A stretch of 56,662 bases of DNA, counting the filler, from Dugesia japonica (taxonomy: Eukaryota): assembly GCA_001938525.1 (NCBI GenBank). It is 4 parts of 4 records of this genome, joined end to end, with 100 filler letters (N's around TTAATTAATTAA, not from the genome) between each part and the next. Parts side by side here need not be neighbours in the genome. Positions count along the whole stretch, not along the records: positions 1 to 12,185 come from MQRL01632059.1; positions 12,286 to 21,635 come from MQRL01340394.1; positions 21,736 to 38,014 come from MQRL01600664.1; 1 more part is not named here. One strand, written 5' to 3'. The notes below the pieces were generated by a model, which was given only the letters and a program-made list of their open reading frames with translations, was not told where the DNA came from and did no database searches. The position numbers and the translations under genes were made by a program. Positions 10,691 to 23,799 of this stretch are shown one piece after another. Numbering within the stretch: the stretch's first letter is position 1; each line of letters opens with the position of its first letter.

Positions 10691-11619
10691 AGTTTTAATT
10701 ATAAAATACGTGCCTGGAAAAAATAATAGAAAACATAATACTTTCTACCATGATGTTGTGGAGAAATATAGTATTATTTATTACATGATTAAATATTAAA
10801 TATGTCCTGCATGCACCACTATAGGATTAGGAACATACCAAGATTTTTATAGGATGTATGGACATATAGATTTATTTACAAAAAATAAAAATAAAATTTA
10901 TTAATTGAAATAAAAAAGAAAAATGACATGTATGCTCAACCCTTTTAGACATTTAAATCTGTGGTGATAGATGATAGTGACGAGGAAATTAATAAGATGG
11001 AACCAGAGGTAATTTTTATTGAAGAGGAAATCCAACCATCAGAACTAGAGAATATTCAGCCATAAGAACCAATATATGGTCGACAAGAGGATTGGATAAT
11101 ATAGTTATAATTTCTGAATGGAATGGAAATGAAATAAACGATAAAGATGAAGTTTTACAACAATGTTTAGAAGAAGAAGCACTGGTTNCATTGTTCAATC
11201 AGTTATTGTATCTGATTTATATAAATGTCATAAAATTCTTAAGTTAGATGTACCACGTTTCAATATGAGGGAAATAGTTATTCCAGATACATTGATACAA
11301 AACATTTTAAGATAATATTAGAAATAAAAAATTTAAAAATCCAGTTTNNNNNNNNNNNNNNNNNNNNNNNNNNNNNNNNNNNNNNNNNNNNNNNNNNNNN
11401 NNNATCTAGCTGTCTCACTTAGTAATAAGTTTATGAAACTTATATACATTAAGTTCATAAACTTAATATGCTCATAATTATGTACCTAAAATTTAATTAT
11501 TGTGTTTGAATATATTTAAACATTTTAAATTTAAAACAATATTTATAAATCATTTAAATTGGCTTGATAGATTTTTAAAGTTGTTTTCTGTTTTATTGAA
11601 GTATATTTAAGTTTTAAAT

Positions 11620-12164
11620 AATATTTAATTAACGGACATTCTGAAAGAACAAAGCATCAATCAACTGAACGTAGAATGCCTACATGCAGGTAAAGAAGCT
11701 CCCCNNNNNNNNNNNNNNNNNNNNNAATTTGAATCGTTGGATGTGCATTGATGTGCTGGACAATGAAATTCGTACATCAATGTATTATTTGCGGGGATGC
11801 AGTTAAAACATTAATTTATTCGATTATAATGAAACAAAAAAAATATTTGTTTTACCATATTTTTCTACTTTGTATTTTTTATTAGCAATTACATTTTCCT
11901 ATCAAATGATAGATCGTGCTTAATATGCTTTGTTAGTAACATTGATAAACTTAGCCTGTGCATATCCACAGTAATATTTCTACAATATTACTGAAAAAAA
12001 TTATAAGTTCTTTAAAATTCGTCAGTAATTATGATGTCTTAACAAAACATTCAGAATTTGAAATAAAAATAAAATATTTTATTTTTACCGTCGCTACCAG
12101 AAAGTCTATTGTTCACCACGAATTATCCGTGACGAATTGTTCTGCAACTAATTGCCTTAGAACC
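11620..12164 (+). mobile_element. Possible Mutator-like element 3' end
   Basis: Decayed tail ..MYYLRGCS and a terminal GACGAATTGT subrepeat ending in GAACC. Confidence 0.3.
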
Positions 12165-12185
12165 CAAGATTATTGCTAGTAAATA

Positions 12186-12285
12186 NNNNNNNNNNNNNNN
12201 NNNNNNNNNNNNNNNNNNNNNNNNNNNNNTTAATTAATTAANNNNNNNNNNNNNNNNNNNNNNNNNNNNNNNNNNNNNNNNNNNN
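12186..12285. other. Artificial contig linker N44-TTAATTAATTAA-N44
   Basis: Identical 100-nt six-frame-stop spacer occurs three times in the window. Confidence 0.95.
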
Positions 12286-12331
<46 letters not shown>

Positions 12332-12360
12332 TAATAATAATTATTATAATAATAATAATT
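12286..12360. repeat. (AAT)n microsatellite
   Basis: Direct reading. Confidence 0.95.
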
Positions 12361-13224
12361 TAAAGTATTTTTAAATAAGCTGATAATTTTATATTCGCAG
12401 ATTATTATATCCAAATTTTATGTACAAATTCAACTCTCGAATAATTAAATTAAGTAATGATAATAAAATTCACATAAATGAGTAACTAAAAAATTCATTT
12501 GTTTAAATGAGCCGATATAACGATTCTATTTGTAATGTTTTGCATGCTTATGCAAATTATGCTTGTCTTTTTTTATATATTTAATGTTTTTATTCTTACC
12601 AATAATTCTTTAACAATAACAAAAAAATTGTTTTCAAAAACAAAAATTTTTAATTTTATGCAATTGAAGAAAGAAAATTTATTTCAATAAATTCAAATTA
12701 ATTAAAGTTTTAAGAAAATCCAAATATTTTTGAAAGAAAAAAAAACAAATTTCATTAAATAAATATTTAAAATTATTTTGACAGATAAAACAAGATTATT
12801 TAATCAACGAATCAAAACTAAAAAATTGTGTAAATAAATCTAGATATTTCAATTAATACGAGTCCAATATAACTTTTTCTTTTTTATTATATTTAAATTT
12901 TTAAATTCTTGTTAAATTAAACTTTATTTCCTTTGTTTTATTTCCTATTTTAATTGAAAAGCATTCTTTTTGATAGTTGGTTTCCGTTATTCAAAGAAAC
13001 AATTGAAATCAATTGCGTTTGTATTTATCCACGGATTACAATGTTTTATTTATAAAAATTAATTTTCTTTTAATATGTAATTTGATATATCAAAAAAAAG
13101 TATAAACGTCTGAATTTCTTTTTTATTTTAATTTTAACGTATCCTAATAAAAATAATTTTTTTTCAATGAAAAATTATTTTAAAATTTGTCAAAAAATAA
13201 AGTTAATTTAAAATAAATTAATTT

Positions 13225-14241
13225 AAATTAATTAATAAAAAAATAACAGAACAATCGTTAGAGGAAACGTTTGTTGCAGTTTGAATATTTAAATCAACAA
13301 AACTAAATAAATCCATAAAGAATTATTCGAATCGAATATTTAAATAAATAATTATTATTTAAACAAATTTAACTTTTTTATTTTTGTATTTTAAATTTAA
13401 TTTAAATCATCTAAAATTTAATTTTTAATTAAAATAATAGATTTTACTTTCCTTTTATTTTAATTTTCAAACGAAATAAAACTTAATTTTCTTTTTAATT
13501 TTAAACAATTAAATTAAATTGATTATAATACCAAACGAAGTTTTATTTTAATAAAAAAATAGCATTGTGAAAATGTATATATAGATATTTTAATTTAATA
13601 ATGAAAACAAAATAATTTTATTTATTTATATGTGAAAATGTTATTTATATATAAACAGAATAATAAAACAGTTACTATTTGATTATTTGTATCAAATTAT
13701 AATTAAAAAAGACAAGTTTTTAAAATACAAAAAATTATATTTTTAAATGATATTATTCAAACAAATTTATTTTCTCAAGCTATTTACTAAACATTTAATT
13801 TAGTTTCCAATTTAAAATAATTTTTAAAAATATTCTATCCAATGATTTTTTATCGGAATGGAAAACTCTGTTTCATTATCTGGCATGTAAATAATGTCTA
13901 TCTTTCTTAAAAATAGGTCAGGACTGAATTTCAATTAAAAAACGTTATAATTAATTAACGTATTTGCAACCTTAAGAATATTAATTAATTATTGTGTAAT
14001 TTATAATTAACATTCTATTCAAATTAATTAATAAAATATAACAGAACTATCGTTAGAGGAAACGCTTGTTGCCGCTTGAATATTTAAATCAACAAAAACT
14101 AAATAAATCCATAAAGAATTTTTCGAATCGAATATATATAAATAAATAATAATTATTCAAACAAATTTACCTTTTTTTATTGGAAATTTAATTTTAAATT
14201 AAAATAAAAGATTTCACTTTCATTTTATTTTAATTTTCAAA
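13225..14241 (+). repeat. ~240-bp direct duplication (13225-13470 and 14022-14241)
   Basis: Shared core AACAGAACWATCGTTAGAGGAAACGYTTGTTGC...CGAATCGAATAT. Confidence 0.9.
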
Positions 14242-14974
14242 ATTTTTTTAATGAAAATAAATCTTTCTTTTAAAATTATTTATTAATGAATACAAAATGG
14301 TTTAATTTTATTTTCGTTTTTCCTGAGCAGAGGTTTAGAACCCCTCATTTATGATAATGAACTACTGAATGATTTTTATTGTTTAATTTTTTGTAAAAAT
14401 TATAAACAAAATTATAGCAACATGCATATTGTGGTAATTTTGCCAATCGGAATAATTTTAGTGGCAATCTTTAGAACAAATAATAAACAACTTACATTTT
14501 GAGTTTCAGAAATTAAACATCATTAAAAAATGATGATCTTATTAATTTAAGTGTTAAAATTATGCTTCCGGTAAATAATAACGAGTGTTAATAAATAATA
14601 GTTTTGTAATTATGTCCCATTATAATGTGAACATTAGCGCACCCTCTACCGATCGTTGGCGTACACCTGGTTGAAAACCACTGTTTTATATCTTTAAATT
14701 AATGTTAAATTGAGATGTAGCATATTTTTTTCAGTTTGCAAGTTTTAATATAAATTGAGTTTATTATACTGTACAAATAGTATACAAGAACTGATTTGTT
14801 AGTATTTATTCTTTTATATAATTGTAATTTATTTTAAGTTGTTAAGTGTGCATTCTATCATATGAAATTCTAGTGAATAAAGTTAAAGTTTATCTGCTCC
14901 TATTTCTTCTCCATAAAATATCTGTACACTACAAAGATTTCTTTTACAATTTTCTATAAAATTTTCAAACTTTA

Positions 14975-15477
14975 ATTTATCGAATCATCCGGAAAGTCCA
15001 GTGGATTTAGGCAGACATATTTTAAGTGAAAAGTTTGAAATATTTAAACACTTTTATTTAACAAAATATGGTTTATTCTTTTGAATCACCCTTTGCAATC
15101 AGTTGAACAACAGAAAAATTCCTCGCTTATAGAAATCCATTGGGCTGTGGTCGAAAAAGTCATCTAGGCACTTTTTTATGGCCTCTAATGAAGTGAGAAT
15201 GTCAGATGACTATGGGGGATGAACTGTAAAGTCCCAGCTGTACTCCTGTACTACTTGCGGAGAAATCAGTGAAATGTGTGGTGTAGCATTATGATGATGT
15301 ATCACAGCGCTCATTCGTTTGGTCAATTCTAGTCGATTAGCATCGATGGCGCCATTAAGATTTGTTAACTGAGAGGAATACGTTTGAGAACCGATCATCT
15401 TATTGCGTGGCAGGAATTTATAGTGAACCATCTCTTTAGAACATGGTCACACTGGACTTTTCGGACAACCTAAAATA
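14975..15477 (-). mobile_element. Internally deleted mariner
   Basis: TIR remnants TCCGGAAAGTCCAGTG / CACTGGACTTTTCGGACAACCTAA; HHHNATPH..VHPP transposase C-terminus. Confidence 0.85.
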
Positions 15478-16138
15478 AGTTTTCCACAAAGTTTTTTATA
15501 ACCAATTTTTACTGATGTTACCGAATAATATTAAATAAAAATTCTTTAATGTTATTAAAAAATGTTTATGTAAACATTAATTTAAATTTTTTTTGCGGAA
15601 TTAATTTTAATTAAAATTCTAATTGAAATTAAACTTTAATTTACATTCAAACTTTGTGTAAATATTTTAATTAAATAACTAGTTAAATATGACAGGAGAA
15701 TTAATTAAACATAAAATTTTACTAGTTTCTATTTTTTTGCCCTGTTAATTATTTTAGAATATTTTTATCGCTTAAAATGAAGTCGATTATGAAAAACGGA
15801 TTTTATGATGTCTCAGTTTTTTTTTCAAAAAAAAAACCAATTACATTAATGATTCATATGCAATTAATTTTATTTGATGTTGATTAAAAAATTTGGATTT
15901 TATTTAATTATAATATTTAGTCTGTTAATTGAAAGAAAAATAACTAACTAACTATTTAATTTTTAGAACATTCAAAAAAAATTTTTTCAGTTTTTGTATT
16001 AAAAAAAACCTAAAATTTAATACAGCAATGATTGGCAACATATTAACACGCAAGAAATTAGTGAGTGGCACACAAGAGAACTTTAATATTTATTAATAGT
16101 TCGATAATGAATCATGATTGATGCCATTATTACACATA

Positions 16139-16300
16139 CAGTGGACACCTTTATAACGTGACGACAATTTTACGACAAGAACTCATACAGCGCGATAAAC
16201 AGTCCAGAATAGCATAAAAGATTAATTTTTTTTTTCTATAAATTTACGTGATTTTTTACAACGCGGAACGTATGTCCCCAAGTTTTTCGAATGTCTACTG
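16139..16300. mobile_element. Tc1/pogo-type MITE
   Basis: TA|CAGTGGACAC...ATGTCTACTG|TA, 162 bp. Confidence 0.6.
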
Positions 16301-16649
16301 TATTTGCTATTTCATTTCAATTTCATTGTAATTGAAATTTTTTTAACTAACTTTGTTGCTACTTAATGTACACGCGTTGTAGAAAGTATTCAATCAAACA
16401 AAGTATTCAGTTAATTATATAACTATATATTCATTAAATTCAAAAACAACTTCCAATAAATTTACAATTAAATATACTAGGTTTAGGCATTAATTTTAAA
16501 GGCTTGGAAATCGATTGCCTTAATAGTATTATATTATTATATCGATCAAAATATGTGCCATCCTCCTGTCAATTAAACATTATCTACCTATTGTTTTCAG
16601 TATGTTTCATTTAAAAATAATCTAATTTGTTTTTATTTTTATTATTGAT

Positions 16650-17030
16650 TATAACGAAATTTAGCCAAACAAAAAACGATTTGTGAGAAGCTTTGCTTTT
16701 TTGCTTCCATTTTAAAAAAAGTATTATGGAAAGTCAAAAAATGTGCTTGGAAGTATATAGCGATTGTAGTCTGTCGATTCAGACGTGTTAGTACTGGTTT
16801 CGCCGTTTTAATAGTAGTGTATTTGACACTGATGCATTGAACGTCCAGAACAACCAAAGAAATTAAAGATATGAAATTGGAGGCTTTAGTCGATCAGGAC
16901 CGAAATTTAACGCAATAACTTGCAGAATCATTAAATGTTATTCAATAAACAATTTCTAAACGTTTGAAGGCTCTTGGAATAATTCAAAAGCAAGTAAATC
17001 GGTAAGTTGAAACCGAGAAAAGTGAAAAAA
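16650..17030 (+). pseudogene. Mos1-like mariner transposase N-terminal fragment
   Basis: ALLFCFHFKKS..EVY..TC*YWFRRF..PKK..LEALVDQD..TISKRLKALGIIQKQ. Confidence 0.88.
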
Positions 17031-17701
17031 AGCAAAAGAATTATTAAATTTTTTTTGAAATATATATTACAGAATTATGACTAAGTCTTATATGAATGAG
17101 TTTTTATCTTCTGCTTCTAATAGTAAATGTATTTCCAATTCTTTGCAAAACTAATTTACATCAAAAAAATATTTTAAAGAAAAATTTCAGTTAAGATAGC
17201 AAACAATCTAACTCTGTTTTAATCCAATCTCACAATCGTTATCTTCGTCTTTACTCAAACAACACAGTCACTTTCTGGTAATCTAAGAAACCAGTCAATA
17301 GTGCTACTTCTTTGAATACACATCTCAAAAGTATCAGAAAATCTAAGAACGAAAACTTTAGGGCAATAGATAAATTAATAAATAAATACTTTGATTAACG
17401 TTTTGTTGATTATTTGTGTATATTTACTAATAAATAATTCAATAAAAATTTTTTTTAGAATCTATTTAATACTTGTGAGGTGAAATAATCAAAACATTTA
17501 ATTAATACTAGTAGTCTTAGTAATATGTAAATGTATGATTACTTATGTGTATGAAAATCTGGCATATATTTGAATATATGACGATATAAGTGACAACAAG
17601 TTCAATTGTATAGTTATTGTGTATAACCCCAATATATACAGATATTCTTGGTATATCATTAATGTCTTTAGTTTTATTTAACAAGACTCATTAAAAAAGT
17701 A

Positions 17702-17786
17702 AATTCCTGACGAAAACAAAGTCAAAATATCGAATCAATCTCAAAAAACAAAAAATCTTTTGATCGAAGCTTTTATTTTTAATGAA
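17702..17786 (+). ncRNA. Hammerhead-containing short repeat (Penelope pLTR-derived), degenerate
   Basis: AATTC CTGACGA A AAC AAA GTC AAAA TA TC GAATC plus tail TTTTGATCGAAGCTTTTATTTTTAATGAA. Confidence 0.6.
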
Positions 17787-18179
17787 GACTTATTAATGTT
17801 TGCGTAAGATAAGAAAGAATATAAAATGAAAAAAATATTATAAATGTTTAAAAATGAAAGTTTTATTTAATTTGAAACATTAAATTGTTTTATCGTCGCA
17901 TTTATTTAATATTTGAGATTTTACAACGAATTGATATTTTAAAAAAAACTAGTTAAATAGTTGAGAACCAAATAAATTATTGAACAGATCTTTAAAAAGT
18001 TATCGTCTTATTGTCTTATAGTGGGAATATATCAAATTTAAGAAGTTATTCTAAATCATCTAACTGCTTATTAACTCTATCTATAACATTCATCTTTGCA
18101 TTTAAAAATTTAACACTTTTCATTCTAAGATTTATTTAAAGACAACAACAAAAACACAACATATAAATTAGTCTTTTTA

Positions 18180-18760
18180 AACAAATTTAAAAGTTTTATA
18201 ATTGAGACTTGAACAAAACATATTAGTTTACCAAAATATTTTTTTAAATAAAATTTCAAAATACCATAGCAAATGTTTTAAAGAAAATTACAAAAATAAT
18301 TTTTTTAATTAATTTATTTTATATATTTAAAATTTACTACAAATTATAAATTTAAAGTTTAGTTTTTGTAAACATCTAAATACGTAAAATTTTATGTTTA
18401 CTAATTTCTTTTATGATTTAATTAAAAATATTTTAAAATGTTTAGTTTTGTAAATATTTAAATACGTAAAATTTTATGTTTATTTAACAAATTTATTTTA
18501 TGATTTAATTAAAAATATTTAATAAATAATTTTAATAATTTCGTCTCAATATACAAAAAATTTAAAATTGCTTTAAAAAATTACTTTACATCCCCCTCTT
18601 TAAGAATATTTTTGATCTGCTCTAATTTTCTGTTGTAACATTTTCCCTCTGTGTTGAATAGCATATATTTCTTTATTCTGAATCCAAGCTTTCAATATTC
18701 AATCTTTTATTTTCTTGTCTCGTTTTGCTGGTGTTGGTAAAACATTCTTCCGTTCTGTGT
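18180..18760 (-). mobile_element. Gypsy 3' remnant: integrase tail, polypurine tract and AT-rich LTR
   Basis: Minus strand ..QIKNILKEG then AAAGAGGGGGA|TGTA at 18590, the same layout as at 45460. The LTR-like part has an ~83-bp tandem duplication; the left boundary is uncertain. Confidence 0.5.
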
Positions 18761-18764
18761 ATCC

Positions 18765-19149
18765 AGTTGGATACACTTGAATTTCCGGATAAACAGTAAC
18801 GAGAAGGTTGTCATATTACATATCATTTTAAAGGGTTTAATGAGGCCGATCTTATGCATACGTTTATTTTCGATTTAAAATTGTTAACACAAAAGTAATT
18901 ACTGTTTTAGTATAGAATGGAATACATTTGTGTTTCCTTGAGAACTTTAAAATTTATCATACAGTTATAAACTATGAAAGAATGTAACAACCAACACGAA
19001 CGAACAATTATATACCAAAATTGTGAAAAATTAACATTTATATTTGTAATTTTCAGAAATTCAAAATTCTGTAAAGTGGCACCATTTTTAGAAAAATTAT
19101 TTTTTTGTTCAAAACTTTGTTAAGTAAGTTAAGGCAGTGAAAGGGTTAA
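18765..19149. mobile_element. Possible piggyBac-like terminus
   Basis: Ends GGCAGTGAAAGGG|TTAA; the other end was not found. Confidence 0.3.
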
Positions 19150-20317
19150 ATATAAATTTGTTGATATTTTCAAATTATAAATAATTAAAATATATAATAT
19201 TGAAAATTAAATAAGAATTTCATTTGTCTATTGGAAATTTTTAATAGTTTCATTTTTATATAGTTGTTTTACTGTATGTATATCGAAAATAAAATTAATA
19301 CATTTTGTCAATATTTCAGTGATGTGTAAAGAATTTAAAGTGGAAATTTTTCTATTTTATTTCACAAAAATAAAGATTTAAAATTTTCTATTTTTGTAAA
19401 ATATTAAAATCATGAAATTTCAACTAAAAAGCTATATTTTTTAAATTCAATTTTCCCAATTGGTCAAAACCAAATTGGATATTATCAGCTTGATATTTTG
19501 TCAACAAAATATACCAAAATCTATCATATTTCTGAAAAATATGTCTTTTATTTTTTCCATTTTTATTCATTTTATAATAAAATAAAACTAATTTCAAGTT
19601 TGAAAAAATTAATTGAAATATTTTATATTTCAGTAAAATTAAAAATCATTTTATTTATTACTAATTATTAATTCATTGTAATTGAATTCAAAATGAATTT
19701 TTATGTTAAAATATATATATGTGTGTGTGCGTGGATGTGTGCGTGGATGTGTGCGTGGGTGTGTATAATAGTTTGTAAATGATAAATAAAATGAATAAAT
19801 AAATAAATAAAATTAAGTAAAGCCAACCGAAATTAAAAATTGTAAATTGAACTGTTAATATAATTTTATATTGTAATAATTTTATTTAATACAAATATTA
19901 TAGTCAAATGAATATCATTTCTAGATGTAAAACTTAATGCAAATGAAGATAATGATGTAAATATAACGCTTAAATATTAAAATTATAAAAAGGCTGAAAC
20001 TTTAAAGAATTTTAAATAATAGAAATAGTTAGAAAATTACCCGAACAGAATTAAGTAAACTGAAGATTAATATAAAATATTAATGTTATAAAAGTAATTT
20101 AGTTTTTTAGATTAAAATTTGCCAAAATAAAATCCACGATTCATTTTAAATGATTGGAAGTCATTCTAATGAATGAATCTGCGACAGAATATGTGTTAGA
20201 AACATTTTAAATAATTAAATTCAAAGAAATTAATTAATATACAAAACATTTAGTAATTGTTATCAAAATGATTTTTTTTCTTAATTTTTAGATCTCCAAT
20301 AAAAATGATTTAGTCAC

Positions 20318-20830
20318 ACAGAAATTTCATTGGTCGCACATCATATTTTTACTTTTTGTTAACACAAGATTGTTTGGGATTGAATCTCAAATATTTTAAA
20401 ATAACATTATTTTTTACATTATTTATTGATGAACGTAAGGAAGACCAGCTACGCATTTAGTAATGTTGCAAAGAATAAATCGTAAATAACAAGCACTATT
20501 GATTGAAGTAACATTCCTAGCCTCTTCCGACATCAACTCCGAAAGTGTGCAATTGCTCCCAATCTTATCCTTGATCTTATACCCGTCTTTATTTTGGAAA
20601 ACGCATTTTCAATAGAATTGAGCATGTAAGAGTAAGAAATTTAAATTGAAAATTAAATTGGGATAAGATTTTTCCAAGATTATCTCTTCTATGAATGCGT
20701 GCGTTATCCAATATTAAGCAAGCATTTTCCATTTGTAGGTTATCTCTTAGATATACGCATAATTCGTAAAGGTACTGTGAAAAAACTGAAGCATCCACTA
20801 TTGAATTAGATATTGTTTTATATATATATA
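20318..20830 (-). mobile_element. IS630/Tc1-like transposase 3' fragment
   Basis: LILDNARIH..FKFL / YSYMLNSIENAFSKIK (DD34E-type motif). Confidence 0.85.
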
Positions 20831-21021
20831 TATAAGTAATAGGATTTTTACTTTTAAAATTCAGGGGCCTACCCTAAAAAATAAAATGTAAAATGTAAAA
20901 TGTAAAATGTTACATGAAAATATAAAATGTTACATGGTTAAAATAGCTATTATAATTTAAGAGGAATATATAAAATTAAAGAGGAAAAAAACATCACACG
21001 ATTAAATTATTCCTTTATAAA

Positions 21022-21635
21022 ATGAGTACTCAAATACACAAATGCAATAACTGTAATAAAGAATTTAAAAATCTAGCAGGTTTAAAAAGTCATGTTAATT
21101 CTAAAACATGTCAAAAGTCAGATTTAACATTTCCATGTTTAAAATGTAACAAATCATTTAAATCGCAAAATAGTTTACAAAAACATTTAAATGCATCAAG
21201 TTGTGGAAATTATGATAAGGTTCCATTATTCTGTGAAATTTGTAACAAACATTTTAAAAAATTAAATCAGGCAAGAGAACATTTTAATTCTGATCAACAT
21301 AAAGAAAAAGCAAAAAATGTTTTATTTGATCAATTACCAGGTGAAGAGGCAATTGATTTTGACCCAGAAATTAGAGATACTTTTAGAAAGTATAAAGACT
21401 ATGAAATTACATTTTTTAAAGAAAGTTCAATAGAAATGAAATATAATGTTGAAAANNNNNNNNNNNNNNNNNNNNNNNNNNNNAACTTATTTTATAATAG
21501 AGTTAAAGAAATATTTATTACTTATTTAGAATATGGTAGAAATATTATTGTAAACATGGGCGTTAAATGTAGATATACAAACACAATAAATAATCAATTT
21601 GTAGAAAGAGATTTTTCATCTTATTCTAAAAATAA
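21022..21635 (+). CDS. Intact intronless zinc-finger ORF (two C2HC and one C2H2 finger), truncated by contig end; possibly the N-terminus of a Polinton-type DNA polymerase gene
   Basis: CNNCNKEF..LKSH..C, CLKCNKSF..LQKH..C, CEICNKHF..EHFNSDQH; no stops outside the N gaps. Confidence 0.7.
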
Positions 21636-21735
21636 NNNNNNNNNNNNNNNNNNNNNNNNNNNNNNNNNNNNNNNNNNNNTTAATTAATTAANNNNNNNNN
21701 NNNNNNNNNNNNNNNNNNNNNNNNNNNNNNNNNNN
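21636..21735. other. Artificial contig linker
   Basis: N44-TTAATTAATTAA-N44. Confidence 0.95.
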
Positions 21736-21869
21736 TCGCTATATATTAGATTAATATTCAATCAATTGTAACATAAATAACTACGGTTATGTAGATAAAA
21801 TTATTTAATTTTCGAAAAATCTTCAAGAATAAGTACACTTCAAACTAGATCAATTTTTCATTTCTATAA

Positions 21870-22115
21870 ATTTTTCAGAAACGGGTGCTTTTGTTGTTGA
21901 CTCAGTGGACTTGTCGTTATGGCTACACACTGACCTTTTTTGGCTTTGGCAATTGAGGTACAAAAACTTTCAACTTAATAATCTTTCCCAGTTTATGAAA
22001 ATATTCAAACAAAGTTTACCAACTCGTTCTTTTATAATAATGTCATAATGAAGTCCTTCGTTTAACTACCCACGGCATAACATGACGTAAATGCGGTTTA
22101 CCGTCTTCCATTTTA
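21870..22115 (-). pseudogene. Mariner transposase N-terminal fragment with internal deletion
   Basis: MEDGKPHLRHVM.. / HKLGK..VFVP..HPFLK. Confidence 0.6.
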
Positions 22116-23476
22116 AGATAAAAACTATAGAAATATTGATAAGATTTAAACCACTTGTACCTACTCAATTCTTATTGAAAGTAATTGCGATTAACTGATT
22201 GGATATTAACTGAGTTGTAAATACAAATTTGTTTTTACTTTTTAAACCACCGTTATTTAATGTTACCACTCAATATGTTTGTTATATGTACTTTTCATAT
22301 TTTTATCATTAATATCATTTAACACTTAATTACGTATCCAAATAAATGTATCACTAGGCGAATTAGAACGCCCTACTTTACATATTCAAGTTTAAACTAC
22401 GAGATTACATATGTTTATTTAATACACCTTTGAGTTGAAATTTTTATTGTTGAACAAGATGTCATCCAAATTATTCATAGTAAAGCAGCATTAAATATTC
22501 GAATTAGAATATCAGACTACATGAATAATTTCTCTATTATTGTTCTTTTGTTTCATCCGTAATAAAAAAAAATTCTTTAAATATAGTTTTTGCGATGTTT
22601 CATTGTTTCTTTCTGAATTTTTTTAAATGTTTCAGGACAAGAAAAAGGCTCGTATTTTTATTTTGTTTAATAAATAACAGGCTGGGACGAAGCTTTTTTT
22701 TAATATTACCATTAGCAATTGTTCATAACGCATTGACTAGGAAAACTTGTACTAAATAATCTATTAAAATACATATCTTTAGAATTTTTCTTTAGTTATT
22801 TTCAAAGGAACAGGTAAAATTTTAGACAAATCTTTCATTTTTCTAAATTAAACTTATGAATCTTGAAAGTATTTATTAAATAATTCGACAATATCAGTAA
22901 AAAAATTACACTACTAAATATAAAAAATTTATTACTATTTTTTTAAACTATTATTTTAAACTTCGATAGTTAATGTGTGATATGCCTAGAAATATGTACA
23001 AACACTAACAACAATAATTATATATAAAAAAAAATGTTAGATTTATTCGTTTTCATCATTTAATTACATTTCAAAAAAATACTTTCTGAATTCATTTAAA
23101 ATAAAATCTTCGATCAAAATCCACGAAAAAAACAAATTTTGATCAAAGCTTTTATTTTAAATGAATTCTGAAAAACGACCAAAAATTATCCAATAATTAT
23201 TCTCGCAATAATTGCAATTGTAAAAAAATACTTTCAATTCAAAACTTTATTAAAATACAGACAGTTAGCCTCTTTAAAATTCTTCTTGACTTTCTGAAGG
23301 TTAGCTTCCAAAATAGCCTTAAATGCAGTTTATATTTTATAAAATTAATTTAATCAAATTATTATATTTATTAAAAAAATTTATTTTACATTTTTTTNNN
23401 NNNNNNNNNNNNNNNNNGAAATAATTTAATCAAATAATTTAAAACAAAGCAAAACCATTAAAATTTTTATTAATAA

Positions 23477-23799
23477 CTAGCCATACCCGGTCATGCGTGT
23501 TGCTGTGGTTCTGTTTTGTTGAATGAAACAGAAAAGAAAAGAGTGAATATGTTTCTAATATATTTAATTTTACAATGCTTATGGATGCAAAATATTTTTT
23601 GCTGTTCCATTGTTTGTGCAGATATAAAGATTGCGTGGTTTACCGACTCTAGAAAACGCAACATACAATTCGTCAAAATTTCAATGTTCAACATGCCTGG
23701 ATTCGAATGCGACGTCTAAATTTCAATACCATCAGTGAAATATTTTCGGAGTTTTTCGATCTTGAACAAACGAACATTTTAAATTTTTATTTATATAGA
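23477..23799 (-). mobile_element. Non-autonomous Helitron
   Basis: Minus strand A|TCTATATAAATAAAA ... GC-rich subterminal segment then CTAG|T. Confidence 0.8.

Noticed and set aside
12230-12241. TTAATTAATTAA as a biological palindrome or piggyBac site
   Set aside because: Identical N-padded copies at 21680 and 38059 indicate an assembly linker.
14328-14683. hAT MITE ending GTTGAAAACCACTG
   Set aside because: The left TIR is weak and there is no matching 8-bp TSD; probably a relic but not delimitable.
19720-19764. GT-rich 12-bp repeat (GTGTGCGTGGAT)
   Set aside because: Ordinary micro/minisatellite.
21022-21635. Linking the zinc-finger ORF to the Polinton at 1-5797
   Set aside because: A contig linker and ~15 kb separate them, and their decay states differ greatly.
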